Positions 26,141-38,837 of a stretch of DNA of 64,000 nucleotides are shown piece by piece. The stretch is from Styela clava (lineage: Eukaryota): assembly GCF_964204865.1 (NCBI RefSeq), contig NC_135255.1, positions 13,516,001-13,580,000 on the forward strand, given 5' to 3'. Position numbers and translations under genes: made by a program. The notes below the pieces were generated by a model that was not told the origin of the DNA, searched no databases, and saw nothing but the letters and a program-made list of their open reading frames with translations. How positions within the stretch are numbered: position 1 is the first letter of the stretch; every line of letters begins with the position of its first letter.

Positions 26141-28087
26141 ATTGAAATTTCAAAGGAGTAAATGATATGTATTTCTGCTCAATATAGAAATTTGACTCAC
26201 TCACAAATACAAAGTAATTATGGGAATAACGGATTCAGGTATTTATTTTCACTGTGCATGAAAAATTCAGTCAGTTTTTAGTTTTTATAGTCTGTAAATT
26301 TGACTATTGCAATTTTCAAAAGAGTAAATGAGAAAACAATGACACATAAAAAGCAGTGCTGTTTTGACAGCAAAAGAATAGGATGTTTCACTAAATAGTG
26401 CATTGTGAAAAAAAAACAATAAAACAGCTCAACCAATAACCATATTGCAAACCATAACATATCCTATTATTCGATTGCTAGTCTACCTTGTGTATAAGGA
26501 AAAGGTAACCAATTGATCATTTGAGATAGATGGATATGGATAAAACTTGGTATTGTTTTTAGACGCTCACTTGCACCTTCCGCTGCCTACAGGTGGCAAC
26601 TGAGAACTCACTCAAACCCAATCAAAATGTATGAAGCTACTGCTATTCGAACGGCCACAGATCTTCCCAGTTAGGCATTGCCTACACATTTTTATAATAC
26701 CTTGAGTGAGGTGGGACTTATGGGATATTAACCCAGGATGAATAATAATATTAAAGTACCAAACCAGAAAACCCTTCTTTTCACTTTTTGTTACATTACC
26801 TTATATTTGGAAAAAAGCATCGTGGAAGATTATTGAAATGCACGACGTTTAAATATGCCAACCAAAGATGATTAAGATCAGTCGACGTCAAACATCTATT
26901 CAAAGAAGACGTAGAAAAGGTGGGAAACTTCTGACATTGTGGAGAGAATTCTTTTACTGTTACCTGTAGAAATGTTTTCGAATGTTAGAGGGACAAAAGT
27001 CGTAAAATAAGGTCAGTCTAGATAAGGGTTATTCAAAATGAACCCTCCGCTCCACTAGGGGACCACAGAGAGTTTCCCTCTGGGCAAAAAGAACTTTCAC
27101 TAGGTAATGTAGGTTTCATTCACGATGACGTTGACAAATCTAGAATAACATTACAAGTTATCGAGTAAAATCTTGTCTGATATTATGCAGAAAATTTGAA
27201 AATTTAAAAAAAAAAAATTTCTTTTGAAATACTTTGCTCTCGGTCACGAATTATACATATGGATCGCTATACTATTTCTCATTGTTATTATTCTTGTTGA
27301 CATTATTTGGAAAAAATTGCCAGTACTGCTTGATTTCTCATTTTTAGTACTTAGATAGAAAAAGTTGCAAAATTGCTATTGCTTTTATTTTATTTCTCAA
27401 ATTTTTCTATGAGACCATTATATTTACAAAAAAATTTTAGGGCTTTAAGTAAAGGGGACACTTTTTTATTTCATCACACTGGTCTTTTTTGTGATAATTG
27501 GTGCTCTGAGGTCTTAAAATCCTGGTACCGATACCGTAACCTTTGATGCACAGAGGGTCATATAGAAATGGTTATCTGGCCAGATTGGTTCAACAGTTAT
27601 TGTTAATATATGCCTTCAACATTGGAGCATTAATAAACATCGTTAGTCAAATGAACTTAACTTATTGAGACAATGTACCGGTAACTATTTATTATGAAAT
27701 TCGAATGATAAGAAATATACTTTAAAATGATTAATTTGATCAAAAAAATAATTCTTACTTTCAACAATGGTAAAATCTTTAAAAATTTGGCGATTATAAT
27801 AATTGAAGTTGAGTTTTTTGCAACACTGTTTGCAAAAGCTATCTTGAAGTAACATCTGGTGATAAACCATTTACAGAGATCCCACCTTATAAAGAGAAAG
27901 AATATTGATAACAAACAACAATAAAATTTACGAAAAAGTCCCAGAGTCAAAAACAAAGCAACAAAAACTGAAAAATTCAGAAATCACCTTCAACATTTTT
28001 CAGCAAGTTTAAGATGAGTTGGTCGTATAGAAATTCCCTTTTTTTGTTTAAATCTCATGACAAAAGCTGTAAAGCAAGAAGTCAAAC

Positions 28088-28850
28088 AAACTTGTGGCAT
28101 TAAGAAGTTAGAGGGGTAGCAAACCAACTCCTGGCTAACTAGAATGCAATTTGTTTAAATGGGTTCATGCTGTTCCCCTACCTTGCCTGTGACCCTCAAG
28201 GCGCCCAGAGATCTTGCTTGGGCCCGACGTTATTCTGTATTTTTATCAATGATTTCCCCCACAGCTTCACACTATTTTCAAAATTGTTCGCTGATGACAC
28301 AAACCTTCATGATAGCAACAAGTCTCCGGATGTGCTTGAGTCCAGAGTGAACACTAAAATACAAAAAAGTAGCAAATTGATGAAACTCAACAAACTAACA
28401 TTGAATGTTGAAAAATCAAAAACTATGCTATTGCGGTAAGGATGCTGTATCGGCTTAGGTGTTTCACTTCAATTTCAACTTTGTGCATGGTTTACTTTGT
28501 CTTGTTTCAGTCTCATTTGCAATATGGATTTGTAGCTTGGGGATCAGCTGAGAAAACCATTCTACTTCGAATCGAGATAATTCAAAACAGCGCTATGCGT
28601 GCTGTACTCTTTGCTGGACCAATGTCAAAATTAAACCCCCACTACCATAAGATGCAACTAATCAAAATGGCAGATATTTATAAAAGCGAGGTATTAAAAC
28701 TCATGCACCAGCACCATAAAACTGCCTACTGCATTTTGTCAAACAAACCAGTTGCCAGTGTACACTCTTGTGCAACTCGGTCCGCTGCCAATAGCCCATA
28801 CTACAGTACTATGTGCCTCGCTATTCCACCAATCAGCCAATTGTTATAGA
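28088..28850 (+). mobile_element. Truncated LINE (L2/CR1-group) RT fragment, paralog
   Basis: SCLGPTLFCIFIND...LFADDTNL...NKLTLNVEKSK then LYRLR...QYGFVAWGS. Confidence 0.88.
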
Positions 28851-30429
28851 TATAATATATGGAATGAGTGTTATCTTTATTTGTCCATGTTTTTTTATAA
28901 TATGCTATCACCATCACCATAATAATTCTCATCAACACTGTGGTTTACTTTGTTTCCAGTATTATTTGCTCCCACCTGACAGAGAAAAATAACTCCAGTA
29001 TGACTTTTTCCCACAAGTATTTTACCTCAATATCCTCAAGATTCCTTAATAGGCTATTCATCATCATTATATAAATTTGCATAAATGTTGTATTTTTACC
29101 CAAATAGTATGTGCACCTTGCAAGAGTCATAGCACAAAATAACTTTATAGCTTATGAACTTTTCCAATAACTGAATGAAGGCAAACTTCATTTAATATTC
29201 TGTTACCTTTAATACTGTAATAGTCAATGTTCCATAACAGGCTAATCATCATTGTATTATTATATTCCATATACGTTGTTCAATAATTTTCCATTATTAT
29301 GTGTTCCACGCATTGACATTTCTCTGCATAAAATCCAAATTATGTATTTCCAGTTCCACTGTTGTTGCGGGGAATCCCCATGTAGTTCGTAGCGGGCTCG
29401 GCGGTGTGGCTCATTGTGCTCAAAGTGACTATAAACTTATAGTCGCTTTGATCAATGACATTAAACAACATGATAGGCAACTCTGACGTCACTCCATAAG
29501 ACTACAGGCAAAACATTGTATTTCATGATACGCTCCAATGCACATATTTCTCGTCGCCTTTCGCGTCCGTTTTCCGCTCGCTTTTGCTACTCGGCGTCTT
29601 TTTTACGTGTAGTACCTGCCTTTTTGCGCCTGTAACGAAACAAAATAATCTCTATATCTAAGAAGTTTTGCTTACTTGGAAAGCTGGAATAACAGGCAAG
29701 CTGTAAAGAGCAATTCTGGACATCATAGACGTTTTTTTTTATCAGAGAAGATTACAAACGCGATAGCGGAAAGATTTGTGTGGAACATTTTGCAGATAAT
29801 GACAAAGTTCAAAGTTAGTAATTTTAATGTTTGCGCTTAATCATTGAATTTTCATTTAAAGAGGGTGTCATACAAAACTGTGCTGCGATACAATTCCATA
29901 ACACAAAGTTTGCACCTATCGAACTTGCTTTTGTAGGTGAATTTATTAGACATATTACATATTCAGTTAATCGTAGGTAACATTGCTGGTACATAATGCA
30001 TCGTAGATAGGTTTGTTTAAATTTAGGAATTTAGCTCATAGCCCACTAATTAATATTATCTTCTATGCAGGAGGTTGCAGGGCTGAATTCAACTTGCAGC
30101 CTTACCGATCACCTGACGATGCTCGTTTAGTTTGGCTCGAGCAAGTCTTCTTGAAATGCTTGTGTGGATGGAAACTACCTATATTTTTTGCCTTCCTCCG
30201 ATTTTAGACAAATTTATTCTGAGGGATTTTGCATATAATTCTCACTGATTGTTGGCTGTTTATAATTCCTATTGATTGTGAATTCTGATTATAACAATGA
30301 GTTGAAAATTTTTACCTAATTTACTGGCACCTTTTTCTTGTCAATACTCCAAGCTGAGGTAATAAACATGACAATACATTTATGTCATCTGGAAGCAAAA
30401 TATGCACACTAATTAATAGTTTGGCACAT

Positions 30430-33400
30430 CAATGACATTAAACAACATGATGCGCAACTCCGGCATTTTTGTCCGAAGATCGTATTCGATAGCACGCTCC
30501 AATGCACATACTTGACGAGACGAAAACGAGCGGATGTGTGCTGCTTTCAAGGCGTAGCACGAATGGTGTTCGTGCCTGCTTTGACAGTTGTTGTCGATTT
30601 TAATGATATTTTTGAAAGTTGGGGTAAAAAGAAATCGGTAAAAGGTAAGGTGAATACTATTGTTGTATATCACACCCGGGCATCGCACTGTTAAGTACAT
30701 GTGGGAAAGCCAGCCTTTGTCAAATACTACGAAGTTATTAATTCAGTACGGTACGTAGTTGCCCATTTGCCGAAATTACATATTTACTTACCCCTTATGG
30801 TTTCAAATAGTTCATGCACCTCCAGTTAGATTTTTTTAATCAGTGAGGATATATACTCATTGTTGATTGCTGCTCATTGTAACATACTATTACGCATTCA
30901 CTTTTATTTGCGTATTGAATCAAAGTGTTAACAAGTTCACCTAACATTTCACTCATACCGGTCTATATTGTATAGTCTGATTTCTCAAGTATTTGGAGCC
31001 ACGAATGCTTGTAATTTTCTGACTAAACCCTTTTATTAGTTGGTTTATATACCAAATTCAGTAAAATATTTTTTAAATAAAACATGAGATATTGGTTTTA
31101 TTAGCTTTTCCATTCTGAATCATATAGACTGCTTTATTTATTCTTAACGAAAATTAATAAATCTCCTCTCTTTCTTCAGATGTGAAAGTTGTGGACAAAC
31201 CTGTCTAAGCATTGTGAGACTCTTGCAGCACAAGAGGCAATAGCAGAAATAGTAAGTATATCAATCAAGAAATTAAGGCGACATAAAGCAAAACTTTCAA
31301 CTATTCGTCTAATCTCAATTTCCTATTATTTATTCACAGGACAACTATAGCAGACGGGGAGATATCAGAAGTCTGGCGACATATCAGTGACAGTGTGATT
31401 CCAATAAATATAATGCAATTGAAAATAGAAAATTGCAATAGAAAAACAACCTATGGAGGCATGCAAAGACATTTGACCCTCCGGTAGAGTTGTGTATGGC
31501 CCCCACATCCTGCAGGGCTTGAGGAAAATAACTAAAAATTTCAAAGCGTAAGATTGCATAAGCGGTCTTATTTGTAAAAAGGCACAAAACACGCCAGACA
31601 TACTTAAAACAGCTTTGGAAATGAGGATTACGGGTACCTCACTGCACTTGTGTTATATTTGGTTCATCAACTTTTGGTAGTACTATAGAAGAAATTCCGG
31701 AAGAGGTATAATCATCATTCATGATAAAATACTATCATATATTTTTTGAACAACTTCAATCTAGACCAGGGATCTCAAACTCGCGGCCCCAGAGAACTTC
31801 CAGTGCGGTCCTCGAACGCTTAACAATAATTGTAATATTATTTTTGAAGTTTTTTTTTTTATCTAAATGTAATAGATTTTTCAAACCTTCTAAAGTGAAA
31901 TTGATTATTCACACAGAAAACAATTTACTGAAAGTAGTTTTGGAATATTAATTTTTTTGTCCACATTTTGACCCAATTAAGAATACACATCAAGCTAGCA
32001 AAAGAATACTTGAATAAAACACTTGAGTAATTAAATTAAACGCAAAGTACATGAAGAAGGTGGCATTTTCGAAGAAAATGGGAGTTGTAACATTTCTGCT
32101 CTTCACAAAATTCTGAAGCACATTGTTTAATTTGTCATATTTCCGTCAATACAATCAAAAAACACAATAAGCTCAGCAGTCAATATGACAAATTCGAAGA
32201 CCAACTTCGAACAGAAAATTTCCATGTGTTTGTATATTAATATAATTATACAAAGACTTAGTTACTAAAAATCAATATCAATAATAATTCAAGCAATCCT
32301 ATGCCACGCAATGTAGTGCGAAATGTCTTGTCGAAAAAATCTGTCATTTGTTTTTTTACTGATCTATACATGAAATGATAAAAGTAACTTTTTTGCATTA
32401 CTGGAATTAATTAAACATTCGTAAAGATCCAGATAAACCCATGATCATGTGGCCTCGTTAGTTAGAGTTGGTACTATAAAATCATTTCAGACTGGCCTTA
32501 GTATGCTGGTGACACAAAAAAGATGCCAAACGCCAGGACAAATGTAATTATTAAAACATTGAGTTTATACTGTAGTATTTTTGTTAATTTTAGGTTCATA
32601 TATTTAGATTAAGTTATTTTTAGTGTATGTATTATTCTTTCCTTATTCAAAGCTTGTTCAAAAATGATTTTGATGGTTGTACATAGAATTTTACGATTTT
32701 TTATAATAAATACTGTAACTTGCAAATGTTGCAATAATAGTGGAATGCAAATATTAATATGTAATTGCATTTGAAATTGAAGAAAATAATAAAACTTAAT
32801 CCAACTGTTTAGTTGCATCACAATATATGTCACAAACTAAAACTATCTTAAAAATATCTTTCAAGTATACATTATCAAAAACTGTTTGCGGCTCTTTTTA
32901 CAATTTTCAAAATGCAATGCGGCTCTCGAAAACCCATGAGTTTGACACCACTGATCTATTCTAGACGATTCAAGCATTGCTTTGGGAAATTATATCACTT
33001 CAATTAAATTGAAATAATCTCGCTATATTAAATACAAAATCGTTGCTATCATAAAGGTAAACCAATTCAGCCACTCGAAATATATTGGCCTTCACAAAGC
33101 AATGGAGGCAAAATTGAGAGTTCATGAGCTATGAACATTTGTTCTTTTCTTTGTCTTGAACTTTTCATACTCCACAGCCCCTATTAATTTTTTTTAATTT
33201 TAATTACCATGTGATGGTCATACATATCTTTAACTTGTATTTTCTGTCATGATGTATTATCTCAATGTGCCAAACTATTAATTAGTGTGCATATTTTGCT
33301 TCCAGATGACATAAATGTATTGTCATGTTTATTACCTCAGCTTGGAGTATTGACAAGAAAAAGGTGCCAGTAAATTAGGTAAAAAAATTTTCAACTCATT

Positions 33401-34243
33401 GTTATAATCAGAATTCACAATCAATAGGAATTATAAACAGCCAACGATCAGTGAGAATTATATGCAAAATCCCTCAGAATAAATTTGTCTAAAATCGGAG
33501 GAAGGCAAAAAATATAGGTAGTTTCCATCCACACAAGCATTTCAAGAAGACTTGCTCGAGCCAAACTAAATGAGCATCGTCAGGTGATCGGTAAGGCTGC
33601 AAGTTGAATTCAGCCCTGCAACCTCCTGCATAGAAGATAATATTAATTAGTGGGCTATGAGCTAAATTCCTAAATTTAAACAAACCTATCTACGATGCAT
33701 TATGTACCAGCAATGTTACCTACGATTAACTGAATATGTAATATGTCTAATAAATTCACCTACAAAAGCAAGTTCGATAGGTGCAAACTTTGTGTTATGG
33801 AATTGTATCGCAGCACAGTTTTGTATGACACCCTCTTTAAATGAAATTTCAATGATTAAGCGCAAACATTGAAATTACTAACTTTGAACTTTGTCATTAT
33901 CTGCAAAATGTTCCACACAAATCTTTCCGCTATCGCGTTTGTAATCTTCTCTGATAAAAAAAAACGTCTATGATGTCCAGAATTGCTCTTTACAGCTTGC
34001 CTGTTTTTCCAGCTTTCCAAGTAAGCAAAACTTCTTAGATATAGAGATTATTTTGTTTCGTTACAGGCGCAAAAAGACAGGTACTACAAGTAAAAAAGAC
34101 GCCGAGTAGCAAAAGCGAGCGGAAAACGGACGCGAAAGGCGACGAGAAATATGTGCATTGGAGCGTATCATGAAATACAATGTTTTGCCTGTAGTCTTAT
34201 GGAGTGACGTCAGAGTTGCCTATCATGTTGTTTAATGTCATTG
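30430..34243 (-). mobile_element. Second complete copy (3814 bp) of the same P-superfamily element, inserted inverted into the first
   Basis: Own TIRs, 7-bp TSD ggcacat (30423-30429, 34244-34250); the uninterrupted target is visible inside this copy at about 33261-33280. Confidence 0.92.
31767..32953. mobile_element. hAT (Charlie-like) MITE carried inside the P element; second copy 34562-35748
   Basis: cagggatctcaaactc / gagtttgacaccactg ends at a tctaga target; gcggcc subterminal motifs; 1187 bp in both copies. Confidence 0.8.
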
Positions 34244-37200
34244 GGCACATTGAGATAATACATCATGACAGAAAATACAAGTTAAGGATATGTATGACCA
34301 TCACATGGTAATTAAAATTAAAAAAAATTAATAGGGGCTGTGGAGTATGGAAAGTTCGAGACAAAGAAAAGAACAAATGTTCATAGCTCATGAACTCTCA
34401 ATTTTGCCTCCATTGCTTTGTGAAGGCCAATATATTTCGAGTGGGTGAATTGGTTTACCTTTATGATAGCAACGATTTTGTATTTAATATAGCGAGATTA
34501 TTTCAATTCAATTGGAGTGATATAATTTCCCTAAGCAATGCTTGAATCGTCTAGAATAGATCAGTGGTGTCAAACTCGTGGGTTTTCGAGAGCAGCATTG
34601 CATTTTGAAAATTGTAAAAAGAGCCGCAAACAGTTTTTGATAATGTATACTTAAAAGATATTTTTAAGATAGTTTTAGTTTGTGACATATATTGTGATGC
34701 AACTAAACAGTTGGATTAAGTTTTATTATTTTCTTCAATTTCAAATGCAATTACATATTAATATTTGCATTCCACTATTATTGCAACATTTGCAAGTTAC
34801 AGTATTTAATATAAAAATCGTAAAATTCTATGTACAACCATCAAAATCATTTTTGAACAAGCTTTGAATAAGGAAAGAATAATACATACACTAAAAATAA
34901 CTTAATCTAAATATATGAACCTAAAATTAACAAAAATACTACAGTATAAACTCAATGTTTTAATAATTACATTTGTCCTGGCGTTTGGCATCTTTTTTGT
35001 GTCACCAGCATACTAAGGCCAGTCTGAAATGATTTTATAGTACCAACTCTAACTAACGAGGCCACATGATCATGGGTTTATCTGGATCTTTACGAATGTT
35101 TAATTAATTCCAGTAATGCAAAAAAGTTACTTTTATCATTTCATGTATAGATCAGTAAAAAAACAAATGACAGATTTTTTCGACAAGACATTTCGCACTA
35201 CATTGCGTGGCATAGGATTGCTTGAATTATTATTGATATTGATTTTTAGTAACTAAGTCGTTGTATAATTATATTAATATACAAACACATGGAAATTTTC
35301 TGTTCGAAGTTGGTCTTCGAATTTGTCATATTGACTGCTGAGCTTATTGTGTTTTTTGATTGTATTGACGGAAATATGACAAATTAAACAATGTGCTTCA
35401 GAATTTTGTGAAGAGCAGAAATGTTACAACTCCCATTTTCTTCGAAAATGCCACCTTCTCCATGTACTTTGCGTTTAATTTAATTACTCAAGTGTTTTAT
35501 TCAAGTATTCTTTTGCTAGCTTGATGTGTATTCTTAATTGGGTCAAAATGTGGACAAAAAAATTAATATTCCAAAACTACTTTCAGTAAATTGTTTTCTG
35601 TGTGAATAATCAATTTCACTTTAGAAGGTTTGAAAAATCGATTACATTTAGATAAAAAAAAAAACCTTCAAAAATACTATTACAATTATTTTTAAGCGTT
35701 CGAGGGCCGCACTGGAAGTTCTTTGGGGCCGCGAGTTTGAGATCCCTGGTCTAGATTGAAGTTGTTCAAAAAATATATGATAGTATTTTATCATGAATGA
35801 TGATTATACCCCTTCCGGAATTTCTTCTATAGTACTACCAAAAGTTGATGAACCAAATATAACACAGGTGCAGTGAGGTACCCGTAATCCTCATTTCCAA
35901 AGCTGTTTTAAGTATGTCTGGCGTGTTTTGTGCCTTTTTACAAATAAGACCGCTTATGCAATCTTACGCTTTGGAATTTTTAGTTATTTTCCTCAAGCCC
36001 TGCAGGATGTGGGGGCCATACACAACTCTACCGGAGGGTCAAATGTCTTTGCATGCCTCCATAGGTTGTTTTTCTATTGCAATTTTCAATTTTCAATTGC
36101 ATTATATTTCTTGGAATCACACTGTCACTGATATGTCGCCAGACTTCTGATATCTCCCCGTCTGCTATAGTTGTCCTGTGAATAAATAATAGGAAATTGA
36201 GATTAGACGAATAGTTGAAAGTTTTGCTTTATGTCGGCTTAATTTCTTGATTGATATACTTACTATTTCTGCTATTGCCTCTTGTGCTGCAAGAGTCTCA
36301 CAATGCTTAGACAGGTTTGTCCACAACTTTCACATCTGAAGAAAGAGAGGAGATTTATTAATTTCCGTTAAGAATAAATAAAGCAGTCTATATGATTCAG
36401 AATGGAAAAGCTAATAAATCCAATATCTCATGTTTTATTTAAAAAATATTTTACTGAATTTGGTATATAAACCAACTAATAAAAGGGTTTAGTCAGAAAA
36501 TTACAAGCATTCGTGGCTCCAAATACTTGAGAAATCAGACTATACAATATAGACCGTTATGAGTGAAATGTTAGGTGAACTTTTTAACACTTTGATTTAA
36601 TACGCAAATAAAAGTGAATGCGTAATAGTATGTTACAATGAGCAGCAGTCAACAATGAGTATATATCCTCACTGATTAAAAAAATCTAACTGGAGGTGCA
36701 TGAACTATTTGAAACCATAAGGGGTAAGTAAATATGTAATTTCGGCAAATGGGCAACTACGTACCGTACTGAATTAATAACTTCGTAGTATTTGACAAAG
36801 GCTGGCTTTCCCACATGTACTTAACAGTGCGATGCCCGGGTGTGATATACAACAATAGTATTCACCTTACCTTTTACCGATTTCTTTTTACCCCAACTTT
36901 CAAAAATATCATTAAAATCGACAACAACTGTCAAAGCAGGCACGAACACCATTCGTGCTACGCCTTGAAAGCAGCACACGTCCGCTCGTTTTTGTCTCGT
37001 CAAGTATGTGCATTGGAGCGTGCTATCGAATACGATCTTCGGACAAAAATGCCGGAGTTGCGCATCATGTTGTTTAATGTCATTGCTTTGATCGTGCTAA
37101 GCGTTAGGAATACGCTCGCCCCCGCATCTCTGATTACTCTGCATGGGTTCGCAGGTTCGAATCCCATGCGGGATAGTTATGTGCGGGAAGATTGCTGGAC

Positions 37201-37424
37201 TCCTCGCCGTCGTAGGGTGGATCACGTAACCGCTGGCCGGTTACGGCTTCCTCTACCATCAAGTCCATGCTTCCGGAACAAATAACTAACTAATCCCATA
37301 CCCGACATGGACTGGTAACTGGACGAGATGCCGTGGTTCGCCATATGGATGAGCCGTCTTATCGGCTTTCCTCTCCCCCGGGATAAATATATAAATCCTA
37401 TCGTGCTTCTTCCCATCCACACGC

Positions 37425-38837
37425 TTTGGTCCAAACCCAGGTTCGCGGGCCACATGTGGCCCACCGCTCCATTATCTGTGGCCCGCGTCGCATTTGCGCC
37501 AACGTAGACAAAAAATCGTATTTGGTGTTGTTTCGTCAAAATAAAAATAACCGGAAAAATCTTTTGACATATTGTTACATCACTAATTTAACTGAATTGA
37601 CTAGTGTTATGGCTAGTGAAGTTGAATAATAATGTGCTCGGCTAGTCTAAATTGTCAACTGGCTTTCTATTTTTTTGGGGGGTCGGGAATATCTGCTAAC
37701 AAAATAGGCTTCATAGAAAACTAAAAATCAAATGAGTTGGTTATACATGATAACTGAATATTACTGTAATGGCCTAACAATATAATTCCTGCGGGTGTTT
37801 TATTGCAACCAGCCTTAACAGTAATACAAAAAATGCTGCCTATTTATCAGAAAATTTAGTAATTACCCTTCTGTATCTCAAATTAGGTAAAATTCGGTAA
37901 TCAGTCAATTTGCAGTTATTTGTAGGTTATTTTGTAAATATGAGTTTGAAAAGAAAGCTGACCAATTTAAAGAGATATTTGACTTAATATAGGAAGGAAA
38001 ATACCACAATGTTTGCTTAAATATGTCTGCAAATTGTGTCGGTGACAATCTAAAACGGCATTTTCTCATTATGTCACTTTATCCGTTATGATGAGTAACA
38101 AACGTGAAGAGTGACAAACTTTATGTATTCCACTTTGTTATAAAATAATAATATCCCGTGCCTCTTGTGCGGACAGGACATGCCATTAATCTTTGAAAAT
38201 TCAACACTTTATCGGTATATACCGGTACGTAATTTTGATAAATACGGTCATCTTCGACAGGGAAAGGCGCAATTTCTAAGTTAGTAATTTTAGGTTCAAG
38301 GTGTGTGACAAACTTTATTTATTCTACTCTGATATATAATAATAAAACCGCGTGCCTCTTGCGCGGCGGCCATGCTATTAATCTTTGGGAATTGCAATAT
38401 TTAACACTTTATCGGCATAGGTAATTTTGATAAATAGGGGTATCTTCAAACAGGGAAAGATCCCAATTTCTAAGTTCGAGTAGCTCTATAGGTTCTAAGT
38501 GTGTGACAACTTTATATATTCCAACTTGACATAAAATCGCATACCTCCTGTGCGGATACCGGTTTCATGTCATATTACCATTTTCAATGAGTTGCATTTA
38601 CTTTTAAAAATCAGTTGAATAAAACAAATCAGCCGGTTCCGCGTTCATTATTTTGTTTCAGTTAGTATTGTATTATCTACCACTAGAGATTCTTGTATCG
38701 ATACCCAACACCACTAAAATTTATGAGAATGTGATAGATACTTAGTTTATACGCGTAGAACGGCGACGCTACATTTTGTGAACTGGTGAAACTGTCGTCG
38801 ATTGTGTCTGCAGTCCTATTCCCTAACTAAAGTGGAG
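37425..38837. mobile_element. hAT-like non-autonomous element with damaged left end; paralog about 54642-56073
   Basis: ccaaac..cgcgggccacatgtggccc left motifs; gtttgaagagccctg|ttctagac right end. Confidence 0.5.
38111..38555. repeat. About 195-bp tandem repeat x2.3 (paralog about 55327-55770)
   Basis: gtgacaaacttta...gcctcttg.gcgg recurs at 38111, 38305 and 38503. Confidence 0.8.

Larger units (their letters stand above)
29453..37085 (+). mobile_element. P-superfamily non-autonomous transposon, outer copy (29453-30429 + 34251-37085, about 3.81 kb)
   Basis: 31-bp TIR caatgacattaaacaacatgatNNgcaactc; 7-bp TSD ctttgat (empty site at 54303); THAP remnant IREDYKRDSGKICVEHFADND (29741-29803); transposase remnant NLQPYRSPDDARLVWLEQVFLKCLCGW (30071-30176). 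Confidence 0.88.

Noticed and set aside
18241-28850. Diversity-generating retroelement: variable C-type lectin fold, several AAY-to-TAY changes, RT nearby
   Set aside because: The RT is a broken LINE fragment, there is no template repeat, and substitutions also hit non-adenine positions.
30430-37085. Assembly artefact palindrome
   Set aside because: Exact TIR boundaries, two independent 7-bp TSDs and scattered substitutions between the arms argue for a real nested insertion.
36815-37629. ORFs of 156, 105 and 67 aa (also 7863-8252, 17928-18281, 54158-54846, 9094-9585)
   Set aside because: Mostly chance frames across SINE/TE sequence and junctions; no recognisable protein features.
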